A stretch of DNA of 64,000 bases from the human T2T-CHM13v2.0 reference genome, Homo sapiens. The translations under genes were made by a program, and so were the position numbers. Shown piece after piece: positions 16,722-34,847 of this stretch; positions within the stretch are counted from its first letter, which is position 1, and each line of letters starts with the position of its first letter. Where the stretch lies: assembly GCF_009914755.1 (NCBI RefSeq), contig NC_060941.1; one strand, given 5' to 3'. Under the pieces are notes generated by a model. That model saw only the letters and a program-made list of their open reading frames with translations. It did not search any database and had not been told where the DNA came from.

Positions 16722-19231
16722 TCTGATCTCACTTTTAACACAAAGAGGGCAGGCTTCAGACTCAGAACTTTGAGTTGACTGCATTATCCCATCTGGAATA
16801 TAATAGTAGTTGAGAGGGAAGCAGGCTCAATTCAATCAGGCTGAGCACCTGCATTCTTTTAATTATATACATTGCAGGGACAGAGCAGGTGTGTGGATTC
16901 TGGAGCAAAACAATGGGAGACTGTAAGTGAGTATTTTAGCTTTTTCTTCCTGATAGCTTTATATACACCTGCAGAGTTACCACAGCAACCTAGCAGTGAT
17001 TGCCTTCCTCCCCCTACCTTTTTTATGTGGCAAAGTTACGGAACATAAAAGTTATCATTTAAACCATTTGGAAATGTGCAAATTACTAGCATTAGGTACA
17101 TTCACGTTGTTATGCAACCATCACCACCATCCATCTCCAGAACCTTTTCATCTCCAAATGAAACTCCCATTAAACACTAACTCCCCTTTCCCCAGTCCCC
17201 TGAGTCCATGGGGGACACCAAGTCAGCCCTCAGCCCTGCTACGGTTTCCTGCACCTCCTGGAACCTCCGTCTCCTTGTTGATAAGCGAAGTGGGATCTTG
17301 GTACTTGGCAGGGTTGTGGTGATGACCAAATAAATGAAGCGTGTGAAGCACTTAGCACATAAGGTGAATGTTCAAAGCCTGATGGCTGCCCTCATCCGGC
17401 CAGGATCTGCACCTCCCTCCCAAGATCACTAAGTCCATTCCCAGAAGGGAAGCTATGCATTGATTGCAGTGACCCGGTAATGCCTTCTTTCCAGCCCACA
17501 TGAGCTCTGGCAATGCATCACGTTCAATGCTTGCAGCATGTGGACAGCCTGTGACAACACTCTAGTTTCCAGTGTGAATGTAGATTTCCACTTCCCGCCC
17601 ACATCCCACCTTTAAAATTGTTGGTTGTTATTTCGGTCAGTTTCTAGGCTGGGAGGCAGAGCCGCACTGAAGAAGTAGACACACCCTTCTCAGTCACCTT
17701 CTCATCATCAAGTAGGAACTGAGCATCTACTATCTTTCTCCCTTGAGCAAATGGCTGGACAATACCCCTCAGGAGTAGAGCTCATCAGAGGGAGGGTGCG
17801 GGAGGCCTGGGTTCTGAATCTTACCTATCCCTCCTTTGCTGGGGTATTGAGCAAGCCTTTAGTGTGGAAGGAAACAGGTCCCGAGGCATGGAGGACGTGG
17901 CCTGGGATTTTCCATATTTCTGTAACAGCACAACTATCACTGCAGCCAGGTCATTTATGATGGCCGCTGGGAGGACAATGAGAAGCAGCTGCTACCTGTG
18001 GAAAGAACTGTAGGATTTTAGTTGATGAGAACCACTGAGGGATGTGGCTGCAAAAATAATAAAATAATCTTAAGTCATATCACTAGTGGTAGAGTGTGTA
18101 GAAACAAGGGAGGTGAAAGCCCCCACTGCAGTGTGTTGGTCAGATTCCTTGGGGGACAGGGTCTAGGTCTGGGCACATGCCAGGAGGCCTGGCCAAAGGG
18201 AGAGATGGTCACTCACTGCCTACTACGCAGGATCATGCTACGTGCTTTACATGTGTTCTCTCATTTCACATCAGGGAAGTCATGTGAGAAAATATCACCC
18301 CCATGTAAGCAAGGGAAAACTGGGGGTTACTGCAGTGAAGTAGACTGCACAGGGTCATCCCACCTGGAAGTGAAGGAGCTTGGAATTAGGGCCAGGCCTG
18401 GCTGACTCCCAAAGTGTGTGCCCTTGTTGGACACTGCGGCTCCCCTAGAAGCTGGCGTTCCACTCTTTCATACCATGTTACATTCTTCTCTGGGGATCCC
18501 CAGATACAAAAGAGAATGGACTCGGCGTTCCTTCCTGTTCAGCAGAGCAGCCCCCACTACTCATTCCCTGCCACCCCTCTAGAATCAGCCCTGGATGAGA
18601 GACAGTTGATAGGACTAGGAGCTGAGCTGTGCCATTCTGGGCTTCCCACCCCCCAGGCACAGAAAACAGTGATCAAAATGAAACCACTTGGCAGAACCCT
18701 CCTCACTCCCTAGTGACAGAGTGCAGTCACCTAGGCCCATGTTCCCTGCAAAGACGTTGAGGTCCATGAAAGTAGGTCCATCCCATGAGGGGGCATCTGA
18801 GAAGACAGGTGGGGTGGTGCTGTGGTGAGCAGCACAGACTCCATTGCGGGACTGCCTGGGCTGAGTCCCGGCTCTGGCACTTTACTGCTGTGTGATTGTG
18901 GGCAAGTTGCTTCACCTCTCTGTGCCTTTGTTTCTTCCCAGGTAGAATGGGGATTATTATTTGTACCCGCTTCATAAAACTGACATGAAGTTAAATGTAA
19001 GGCACCTAGAATGGTGTCCAGCACATAACCAACTATACTAACTTTAACAAAAAATCTTGGCTGGGCACGGTGGTTCACGCCTGTAATCCCAGCACTTTGG
19101 GAGGCTGAGGCAGCCGGATCACCTGAGGTCAGAAGTTCAATATCAACCTGGCCAATATGGTGAAACCTTGTCTGTACTAAAAATACAAAAAATTAGCCAG
19201 GCGTGGTGGTGGGTGCCTGTAATCCCAGCTA

Positions 19232-19339
<108 letters not shown>

Positions 19340-19514
19340 TCAAAAACAAACAAACAAACAAACAAACAAAAAAACTCTGTGCACTTCCTCCTTGATGCCA
19401 TGTAGCCCAGCTGTATATCCATCTTACCCTTTGGAATATGAGCTGCTTAAGGCTGGGACTGTGTCCAATTCTCTCTGTACCCCAGTGCCCAGAGGAGTCC
19501 AGCACTTACTTATT

Positions 19515-20060
19515 GTCTGTGGTGGGCATTGAATTTTCCAAATATTTCTGGTTCCAGGTGCTCTTTCAACCTCTTGCTGCCTCCTGTCTAGAGGTGAGGT
19601 CCCTTTCCCCTCCCCTTGAGCCTGGGTGGTGCTCATGTGATTGCCTCAAGAAATAGAATGTGGTGGAAATGGCACTGGATGGCTTCTGAGGCTAGGTTAT
19701 AAAAGGGATGTAAGTTCCACCTGGCTCTCACTGGGAATGCTCACCCTTGGACTCCAGCCACCATATTGTGGGGAAGCCCAACCCATGTGGAAAAGCCACT
19801 TGCAGGTGTTCTAGTCAATTGCCTCAGCTAAGATCTTAGCCAAGAGGCAATATTAAGCGGTAGACCTGTGAGTTAAGAAGCCTTCAGATATTCCAGCCCC
19901 AGCCTCCGGGCCACCTGACTTCATGCCGAGTGGAGCAGAGATGAGCTCTCTTCACCTAGCCCTGCCCAACTGGCAGATTTGTAAGCCAAATAAACCCTGT
20001 CATTGTTTTAAGCTACTAAGTGGTAGAATAACGTTTATGCAGCAGTAAATAACCAGAACG
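19515..20060 (+). mobile_element. MaLR LTR (MLT1F/G-like)
   Basis: Typical motifs CCCCTTGAGCCTGGG and ATAAA...GTTTTAAGCTACTAAG, and 3' end GCAGCAGTAAATAACCAGAAC. Confidence 0.7.
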
Positions 20061-20593
20061 CCAACTAGCTAATCAGCCCTGGGAGTGTCAGCTCAGCAGA
20101 TTAACTGTGGTGGCTGGTTGCTCTGGCAACTGCCTCAGCCATCACTTTGGGTAAGTCCAAAACAGAGGGAAGGGGCTGCTGGGTGTGGGGGAGCCGACAA
20201 ACTTGGGAGCCAGGCTGCTATTATCACCCTTAGCCTGGTTCCACTGCTCCACACATGCATGGCCCTGGGCAGGTCTCTGATTCTCAGATGTGTCCATTAT
20301 TCAACCCAGCAAGGGCTGTTGGGAGCTTGATCAGAGGTGCCAGACAGAGAGCGATCTGGTGTCTGGTAAATACTGGTTTCTTTCCTGGGGAGGGTTTACA
20401 GTGAATGAAGGGGGCTTTGTTCTCTGAACACACGGTGTGAAGGATAAAAGAAGAGCACCAGTGTGGGCCAGCGACAAGAATAAAATGGGCTGGGGCCAGA
20501 GGCTGCAACCAGACCAGGTGCGACCTCCATGAGGCAAACATCGCTACCTGCCAGCTCATCATTTGTCCTTCCCAGCTGGTCTAGGAGCTGAAC

Positions 20594-22638
<2,045 letters not shown>

Positions 22639-22639
22639 T

Positions 22640-23104
22640 AACAGAACCCCAATTTTGTTTAGGGTGACAATATACCCAATAAGACTGCTTTTCAGTCTCC
22701 CTTGCAGTTATGAGTAGCCACGTGAATAAGATCCGGAAATGGGGTGAAGTTGAATTGCGTGGGACCCCCAGGAAGGCTTCTTAGAGGGAGCAAGCTAACT
22801 TGTCTGAGAGGAGGAGTGCCCTTTGCCCCTTCGCCTTGTTCTCCTTCATGTTGCCTGAAATAACAGATGCGATGGCTGATGCTCCAGCAGCCATTTTAGT
22901 TCATGAAGTAACAAACTAAGGGTGATTCAGGAGAAAATACAAGGAGCTGAGTCCCCAGGAACAGTGGGGCTGCCACCCCAGACCTGAATGGCTGACCGCC
23001 AGCCTTTTTCATATGAGAGAAAAACAAACCCTTCTATCTTGTTCAAGCCTCTACATTTGGGGGTTTTCTGTTCAATGCTCCCAAAAGTAATCCTCAACTA
23101 TACA
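22640..23104 (+). mobile_element. MaLR LTR (MLT1J-like)
   Basis: AACAGAACCCCAATTTTGTTTAGGG start; GAGAGAAAAACAAACCC...CTTGTTCAAGCC near the end. Confidence 0.65.
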
Positions 23105-23422
23105 ATGATCCCTTGAGAAAGTCACTTCCCCTCTCTGTGCCTCAGAATCGCATCTGAAAACTGCAATGAGGCTGAATGACTAAACTGGTGCTTCTAATAT
23201 TTCAGCCAACCACATGCCACATTTCTGAATGTTCCTGTGTCCATGTGCCATCAACACTATTTATTTAATATTCTTCTTTAAATTGATCTGTACTTCAAAT
23301 TTTTTATTACATACCTTTGACTAACCCCAGATTGCTGTTCTAACATTTCTGCAAAGATATGTCTTCAAATCTTGATTTTAAAAAATAACATTTTTTCTCA
23401 AAGAAGGCATGGGATTTGTTCT

Positions 23423-23424
23423 TT

Positions 23425-23490
<66 letters not shown>
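23423..23490 (+). repeat. (TTTC)17 microsatellite in an Alu tail
   Basis: Perfect tetranucleotide array, counted directly. Confidence 0.95.
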
Positions 23491-23491
<1 letters not shown>

Positions 23492-24436
23492 ATCTTTTTT
23501 TGAAACAGTCTTGCTTGTTGCCCAAGCTACATGATCTCAGCTCACTGCAGTCTCCATTTCCCACGTTCAAGTGATCCTCCCACCTCAGGCTCCCGATTAG
23601 CTGGGACTGCAAGCATGAACTACCATGCCCAGTTTATTTTTGATTTTTTGTAGAGACAGTGTTTTGCCATGTTGTCCAGGCTGGTCTCGAACTGCTGGGC
23701 TCAAATGATCCTCTTGCCTCCTAAAGTGCTGGGATTGCAGGTGTGAGTCACAGCGCCCAGCGGGATTTGTTTTTTTATGGCTATTTCAGTAAGCAACATG
23801 TTGACATGAGCAATTTGGATAACTTCTTTGAATTACGTTACTGTTTTATACACACAGTATTTTTGGAAGTTGGACACTGGGGAAAGTCCTGGTGGATTTG
23901 TAATTTGTGTAACTCCACAGGAAGTTTCACAGGGCTCTTATTTCACTACGAGCCCATTCTAATGTTGACCCTGTCGCAGGCCTTACTTTATATAAATTAT
24001 GCTTCCCTTAAAAGATTGGGACTCACTGTTCTGGTTCACTCACTCCAGCCAAAACTTGAGGGTCTGAAGTTTAGGCTGTACCTCTGGAACTTGTCTTTGT
24101 TCATGAAGACAAAAAATGCTTAAATCACTTTGATCTGAGTAGCTCCATGGGGTCTGATTAACTCCACATGGGTGCCAACTGAACTGTCCCACACTAACCC
24201 CCACTCCCATCACAGTGTTTTATTTTTTATTTTTGTATTTTTTGTAGAGACGGGGTTTTGCCATGTTGTCCAGGCTAGTCTCAAACTCCTGAGCTCAACT
24301 GATCCGCCCACCTCGGCTTCCCAAAGCGCTGGGATTTACAGGCATGAGCCACTGTGCCTGGCCCCATCACAGTGTTTTATATTGGGTATTTCAGAACCTC
24401 TTGCCCACAGAGAAATGGGCAGAGGGGACCACACTA

Positions 24437-24835
<399 letters not shown>

Positions 24836-26476
24836 TCATATCAGATGACCTGCTATCTCTGTGAAGTTAATATTGTACCATGGCCTTATCCAGCCCTGCT
24901 GCAGTTCTTTACTGTGAGTAATAGGAAGCTGTGAAACAGCACTTTTCATAACACAAATGGCCAGTTACTTGGCCTGTCTCTGTCCCACTGCCATTGCCCA
25001 GGCTCTGAGCTGAGTGCGAGTCTCAGCTGGATGTCTGTACTGCCTCCCAGACAGCCTCCTGCGGTTTGTCTTACCTCCTCCAATCCCTCCGCCTCTTTAC
25101 CACTCGAGTATTTTTATGACACACAAAACCTGCTTTCTTACTCCTCTGCTTACAGTCCTTCAGTGATGCTTCGCACTGCTCAGGAGAAAGTCTGAGCTCC
25201 TTTGCTGGAACACAAGGGCCTCCAGATCAGTCCCCTGCCCACTTCTCCAAACCAGGCCCCTGCTGCTTCTCCAGCACCCAGTGTCTAATCTCCTTGGCCT
25301 GGAATACGAGGCCTCCAGACTGGGACCCTGCTGCTTCTGCAGCACCTGGTGTCTAAGTGCCTCCTTCTTGATGTCTGCTCTTCAGTCACAAGGAGCTGCT
25401 CATCTCTCCCTGAGGACACACGTGCACAAACACACACACATGCACACACAAGTGCACACACAGAGAGGAGCGTGCTCTTCTACTCCTTCTCCCTGCAGTC
25501 CCTGGAATGCACCATCTGTCCTAAACCAAAGGCCCACCCCCTCCCTGAAGTCCACCCTGGTCTCACCAATCACAGGTCCGATATGCAAAAACACAGATAT
25601 AACTTAGAGTGCTCACTCTGTGCCGGGCACGGACTTAAGTACCTCACAGGCATTAGCTCTTTTAATCCTCACAACAACCTTATGAAATAGGTTCTGTGAT
25701 GAGCTCCATTTTACAGATGAGGAAACTGAGGCTTGGAGATTTAAAGTAACTTGCCTGGTTTCACTTAGCTGCCGGCCCCCTTTTCTCCCCCCAGAACACT
25801 GACTACATTTCCTTCATAGCGTGTTAGTGCATTTAATAATTTTCATAACCACCAACTCTAATGATACATGGTGGGAAAGGTCAGTGCCCTCTTGGTTTGT
25901 GGTCCCCACAGTCAAGCTCAGGGCCTGGCACCCAGCAGGTGCTCAGTAATGCTGTGACTAAAGCACTGGTCTGTGTTTCTTCAAGGAAGCTCTTTCTTCC
26001 TGCATCAAAATCCTCTTGGCTCAGAAGTGGACTCATGGGAAGGGCTACGAGGCTTGTGCCGCAGGGTCCTTCCCTTGTGTGGGGCCCCACTAGCAATGCA
26101 CACAGATGCTCATCTAGTTTTGTAAAGTAAGATATTATTTTTTGGCCAGGCACGGTGGCTCATGCCTGTAATCCGAGCCTTTGGCAGGCCAAAGTGGTAG
26201 GATCGTTTGAGCCCTGGAGTTCAAGGCCAGCCTGGACAACATGAGGAAACCCTGTCTCTACAAAAAATGTAACAATTAGTTGGGCGTGGTGGTGTGCACC
26301 TGTAGTACCAGCTATTTGGGAGGCTGAGGTGGGAGTCCTGGAGGTGGAGGCTGCAGTAAGCAGAGATCATGCCACTGCTCTCCAGCCTGGGTGACAGAGC
26401 CAGAGTCTGTTTCAAAGACAAAAAAAAAAAAAGAAATTATTTTTCTTAAAGATGCCCCCTATATTTGTAATCTTTA

Positions 26477-26803
<327 letters not shown>

Positions 26804-27269
26804 CTATCTCAAAAAAAAAAAAAAGAGAATGCACATTTCTAGCCCTACCCCCAAGCACCCAAATCTTGGAAGATTCTTGTCTTACCAAAGTCTGAGCACC
26901 ACTATGCGAAATGTTTCTTCCCTACCCCAGTGATTTTTCTATTTGCTTTAGGGCTCAAAAGAGTCATTGCAGTGGTGGGGTCAGCTATTAACATCTCTCT
27001 TTTCCTGGAAACCAGTTGATGCCTATAAGAGGGGTTTCCTCAGCTCTCTGAATAACTTCAATTTGTTCTTTTTGGGCCAAGCCCTGTGCTGCCTGGTCCT
27101 GCTGATGAGAGTTCGGCTAGAGGGAGGGGTGGGGAGGGGCCTGAGCTGGGGGACCAGCAGGGGGGCAGCCTGCAGCCCTGAACCCTAATCCTCGTCACTG
27201 TCCCTTCTCTGCCTCATAAAGGTGTTCTTGCTCTTTCTCCTTTCTAGCCAAGTCTCCTCCCTCCACATA

Positions 27270-27620
27270 TGTGTTCTCATCTAGATCAGTTTCGATTCCC
27301 GCTGGTGGAAAGCAGCCTCAGGCAGGGCCACTGCGCAGGAAGGGCGGGCCTGGGTGCAGGCGGGGCTCCGGGAGTCACCCCCAGACGCGCGGCTCCCCTT
27401 CCTTGTCCTCCGCATGACGCCCGTGCCGGAGCCCACGTGAGCCTTTGCCAAGGAGAGATTCAGAGATATGAGCAGAAAAACTGGAAGATGGACTTCTTCA
27501 ATAAGGCAGCGGGACGGTTTGGCTGATGGAAGATGTTTCCCGGAAGCCTGTTCACGCTCCACCCTGAAAGTCCCAGGGCCGTGAGAGTCAGCCGGGCCGC
27601 CGAGGCGGTGCCCTCCAGGC
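27270..27620. promoter_or_regulatory. Small non-repeat CpG-rich patch, candidate enhancer or orphan promoter
   Basis: CpG enrichment; GC box 27342-27347, TGACG 27415-27419, CACGTG 27434-27439, TTCCCGGAA 27537-27545. Confidence 0.5.
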
Positions 27621-27659
27621 TGCAGGATGATCCAGGGACTGTTTTCCTCAGCACTGTGT

Positions 27660-27908
27660 AGGTTTCAGCTTATGAGTTCTGTCCATGTTTTGTGAGATTT
27701 ATAGCTAAGTATTTACCTTTTCGAATGATTATAAACAACATAGTAGTTTTAATTTTAGTGTCTACTTGTTTTTTGTTACTATATAGAAATACAATCGATT
27801 TTCATATATTTATGTTGCATCCTCTGTGCTTCTAAACTCACTAGTTTTGGAAGCTGTTTTTTGTTTTTAGATTCCTTAAAATTTTATATATGGGCAATCA
27901 TGTCATTT
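27660..27908 (-). mobile_element. Old L1 ORF2 fragment
   Basis: Antisense L1M-type text (TATATAGAAATACAATCGATTTT...TAGATTCCTT...AATCATGTCAT). Confidence 0.7.
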
Positions 27909-27972
27909 AATAATCAACCTGTATGCCTAAAATAATCAACCTGTATGCCTAAAATAATCAACCTGTATGCCT
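27909..27972 (+). repeat. 22-bp tandem repeat x2.9 (AATAATCAACCTGTATGCCTAA)
   Basis: Perfect copies, directly visible. Confidence 0.95.
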
Positions 27973-28964
27973 TTTATTGTAAGAAAATCCCTAAATACTG
28001 GGATTACAGGTGGTGAGCCACCGTGTCCAACCTGAAACTTTTTTTTTGGTGATTTCAAATGAACTTGACTTTTACTGTAATTATACCTAAAGTATTTGTA
28101 AACAATTGTTTAGAACTTCTATTTGTCATGGACTTTTGAGTTTATTCTTTGGATCATATAAAAAGACTTTTTTTTTTTGTTTTTAAAGTTATAAATCTCT
28201 GTATGCACTTTGCTTTTCTTAATTAAACATAATCCAAAGTAAGCTGTGACTCATTTATTTATTTATTTATTTGAGACAGGGTGTCGCTTTGTCACCCAGG
28301 CTATGGCTCCATCTTGGCTCACTGCAGCCTCAACCTCCCAGGCTCAAGCAATCTTCCCACCCACCTAGGCCTCCCGAGTAGCTGGGACTACAGGCATGCA
28401 CCAGCATGCCTAGCTAATTTTTGTATTTTTTGTAGAGACAGGGTTTCTCCATGTTGCCCAGGCTGGTCTCAAGCTCCTGGACTCAATCAGTCCTTCTGCA
28501 TCGGCCTCTCACAGTGTTGGGATTACAGGCGTGACTTTGCCACCATCCCCGGTTTGTTTTTTTTCAACAGGCAGAGTTTAACTATCACGGAAGCCTCCCG
28601 CCTCAGCCTCCCAAAGTGCTGGGAATACAGGTGGAAGCCACTGCACCCATCCAGCTATGATTCTTCGGTAGTGTACAAGATTGTACACTACCAATGTATC
28701 TGATTTTCAATTTTTCTTGAAATGTGATGCAAGTGGTGTCAGCCTGCTGATAAGTTAACATTGTTCAGGATGAATCTTCTACAGAAATAATTGCTTTTTT
28801 TCCCCAGTATTTAGTACTGAAAGATATTAATGGTAATATATTTCTGGTTTAATATAAATTAAGCATGTTTTCTAGTTGTGCGTGAATGCTGGCTGGCAAC
28901 TTAGTAAGTTTTGACAGTTGTTTAAATATGTAATGTTAAGCTTAGGTTTTAAAAAAGTAAAACT

Positions 28965-30045
<1,081 letters not shown>

Positions 30046-30122
30046 AACTGATAAACTGCTGTTTATTATTTACTTTTAAAAAAAGAAAATAAATATGAAT
30101 GTGTTTGGCACATTCAAAAAAA

Positions 30123-30480
30123 TTTAAGAACTGCTTTCAAAAGACGCTGTTGAAAAAATGAAAAGATCGTCACAGGCTGAGAGAAAATATTTGAAAATCA
30201 GATTTCTGATAAAGTGCTTGCATCTGTCAAGTCTTGTTAAACACCAACAACAACAAAAAAAAGTACTCTCATCCAAAATATGTAAATTACTCTCAAAATT
30301 AAATAATGAGAAAACCATCTAAGTTTATAAATGGGCAACATGTTGGAACAGACAATGCAAAAAAAGAAGAGACACAGGCATAAATAACCAACTGAATAGA
30401 TGTTCAACATCATCACTCTTTAAGGAAATGCAAATTAAAACCATTAATGAGACACCACTCCACAATTATTAAAATGAAAA
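30123..30480 (+). mobile_element. Old L1 ORF2 3' fragment
   Basis: GAGAAAATATTTGAAAATC...CTGATAAAG and AGGAAATGCAAATTAAAACC motifs. Confidence 0.75.
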
Positions 30481-30544
30481 CATTTCACTCAGGCTTGAGA
30501 GGCTGATAATGAGGTTCTGCCTGTCTTGTCACCCAGAGTTATCT

Positions 30545-30938
30545 GATACACCTTAGGAATGCACCCTGAGACTGGGTAATTTACAAAGAAAAGAGATTTA
30601 TTTTGGTTCACAGTTCTAGAGGCTGGGAAGTCCAAGATTGAGCAGCTCATCTGGTCAGCTTCTGGTGAGGGCCTTTGACCTGTGTCCTAACATGGCAGAG
30701 AAGCAGAAGGGCAAGCAAGCATGTGCCAGAGAGAGAGGACAAAATAGGCTGACCTGCTTTATAACAACCTACTCTCAGGAGAGCTAATCCATTCTCTCGA
30801 TAACCCACCCAGAGGAAGTCATTCATCCATCCTAATAACCCAGTCACCTCTTAAAGACCCTGCCTCCAAACACCATCATGTTGGCAAGTAAATTTCAACA
30901 TGAGTTTTGGTTGGCACAAACCACATTCAAATCATAGC
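30545..30938 (-). mobile_element. MaLR LTR (MST/MLT1A-like)
   Basis: AGACTGGGTAATTTACAAAGAAAAGAGATTTATT...CACAGTTCTAGAGGCTGGGAAGTCCAAG...TTTCAACATGAGTTTTGG...CATAGCA. Confidence 0.8.
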
Positions 30939-31083
30939 ACCTGTCAAGCAGAGAGACCAGCCTGTCCTGAACACCCTGAAGTAAGTGCCTAGGGTAAGGC
31001 CCTGTGGGGGGATGGGGAACAGAATAAACCTGGCAGTGGTAGATTCTCAGTCTGGTTCATAGAGACCATCATACCTACATTAA

Positions 31084-31390
<307 letters not shown>

Positions 31391-31862
31391 TAAAAATTTT
31401 AATTGCAGGCAGGTGCAGTGGTTCATGCCTGTAAATCCCAGCATTTTGGGAGGCCAGGGGCAATCTATTAACACAGCCAAGCGGGGACAGCAGATTGCTA
31501 GAAGGAATGGGACACAGTCACACAGGCCAAGCTAGCATGGGCTATCGATGGGGTGGGGAGGAGGAAGGCAGAGGAGATTTAAATTATGAGATGTACCTCT
31601 TAGGGAAGATTTTTGGAAGGGGTGATTAGAGCAAATAGGGAATGATTTGGAGGATTCTAGTGAGAAGAAATATGGAAGCCTAAAGATGAACTTCCTTGTT
31701 CACAACTTGCCTGCCTTGATAAATCTGTGTTGTTCATTACTATGTCCCTAGCACCTAGCGCAGAGCCTTAAGCATAGTGGAACTTAGTAAATATTTGTTG
31801 AATGACTTAAAAAACATGATATGCTATATTAATATCTCACTTAAAGCATTGCTATCCTTCTA

Positions 31863-32835
<973 letters not shown>

Positions 32836-33574
32836 TTACTTTTTCCTTCATTTGTGCTCTTATCTAATATTTATGTATATCCATTAGTTTTTATTATCTG
32901 AGTAACGCATGGGCATGCTTGTAAAAGTTCAAAATTTAAAAAGTCTAGAAGGTTAAAGTTGCATAAATGAATATATCACATGATTTTTACATAGTCATAA
33001 TTGCATATAGTTTTATATTTCTATATTCTCACTTATTTTGTAAATACTTTTCCATCTCTCTAATAGTCACTAATTTAAATGACTGCAAAAATTCCAATCA
33101 TGTTATGTCATACTTAATTTAGCTATTCCCCTACAATTGTACATATTTCAATTTTTAAACATTTTTTAAAGCACGTAGTGTTGCTTACACAGAATATATA
33201 TATATATATATATCTGTTGATATAAACAGAATATATGTACTTGAGATATCAAGGGAAAAAAAAACAAAGTGTCTTTTTTTTTTTTTTTTGAGACAGTGTC
33301 TTACTCTGTCGCCCAGGCTGGAGTGCAATGGCACGATCTTGGCTCACTGCAACCTCCACATCCTGGGCTCAAATGATCCTCCTGCCAAAGCCTCCTGAGT
33401 ACCTGGGACTACAGGCATGTGCCACCATGCCTGGATAATTATTGTATCTTTTATAGAGATAGGATTTCATCATGTTGCCCAGGCTGGTCTCAAGTTCCTG
33501 GCCTCAAGTGATCTGCCCGCCTCGGTCTCCCAAAATGCTAGGATTGGAGGCATGAGCCACCACACCCAGCCCAA

Positions 33575-34191
33575 AGTGTCTTTTTCCTATTCTCTTACAC
33601 AGTCATTCAGCACAACACTTTTGATACCAGATATGTGTGAGTTTTTTTCCTCACACACCAAACAAGCAATTCTGTAACAGACACCAGCTGGATGTCTTAT
33701 AATTCAATTCAATTCTGACACCTGGTGATCCCACAGGTTACGGCTCAATGCCATAAAACCATCCCCCATTGCTGCGAGGCACGAACTACAACATGTTACT
33801 ACACTGAATACTGTAGGCAACAGTAACACAATGGTGAGCATTTGTGTATCAAAACGTATCTAAACACAGAAAAGATATGGTTAAAATACAGTTTATAATC
33901 TAATGGGACCACTTTCATATATGTGGTCCATCACTGACCAAAATGTTGTTGTGTGGTGCGTGACTATATAGATACATGGTCATCCCTCGATACTGAAGGG
34001 GAATTAGTTCCAGGATCCCCTTGAATACCAACATCTGAGGATGCTCAGGTCCTGCAGTTGGCCCTGCTGAACACCCGGATGTGAAAAGTAAGCCTCTGTA
34101 ACTGTGGGTTCTGCATGCTGAGAATACTGTATTATCCCCATTTGGTTGAATCCACAGACGTAGATCTCGTGGATATGGAGGGCTGACTGTA
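33575..34191. mobile_element. Stack of a MER21-like LTR fragment (33575-33768), a Tigger3/MER7-like end (33770-33967) and a MER2-like MITE (33975-34191)
   Basis: AATTCAATTCAATTCTGACAC (MER21-type); CTGAATACTGTAGGCAA...ATGGGACCAC (Tigger3); TTCCAGGATCCCC...GATATGGAGGGCTGACTGTA (MER2). Confidence 0.65.
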
Positions 34192-34847
34192 CATATTTAT
34201 CTATCTATATTTTTTCTTTTGAATTATTTTCTTATACTATATTTAATTCTGCTGATTTCTTTGCAGAGGTAAACAGAAATGATAATTTTTTTCTTGCTTT
34301 ACAAAAGAGCAAGAAAATAAATTATAAATGTGCCATTCCATGGAATTTTTTTGTTGGACAGAACTAGATTGTGGTCTAAAAAAATCTTGAGAATATATAT
34401 ATGTTTGTGTGTGTGTATGTATGTATAAAAGATTTAAAAAGTCAGCAGGCCAGGTGGCTCATGTCTGTAATCCCAGCACTTTGGGAGGCCGAGGCAGGCG
34501 GATCACTTGAGCCCAGTTCAGGACCAGCCTGGGCAACATGATAAAAACCCCGTCTCTACAAAAAATACAAAAAAAATTTAGCTGGGCATAGTGGTGCAAG
34601 CCTGTAGTCCCAGCTACTCAAAAGGCTGAGGTGGGAGGATCGCTTGAGCCCAGAGGTGAGGGATGGCAGGGTGGGGGTGGAGGTTGGGGTGGGGTGGAGG
34701 TTGCAGTGAGTCGAGATTGCGTCCTGGGTGACAGAGTGAGACTCTGTCTCAGAGAAAAAAAAAATAAGTCAGCAAAATTTTTAAAGTCTCTAAAGTGATT
34801 AAAAATTAAATACGTTTTTGCCTTTCAGAGTTTACAATTTGGTAGGC

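Noticed and set aside
27154-27168. CTCF-like CCAGCAGGGGGGCAG
   Set aside because: An extra G shifts the conserved GGC out of register; weak match.
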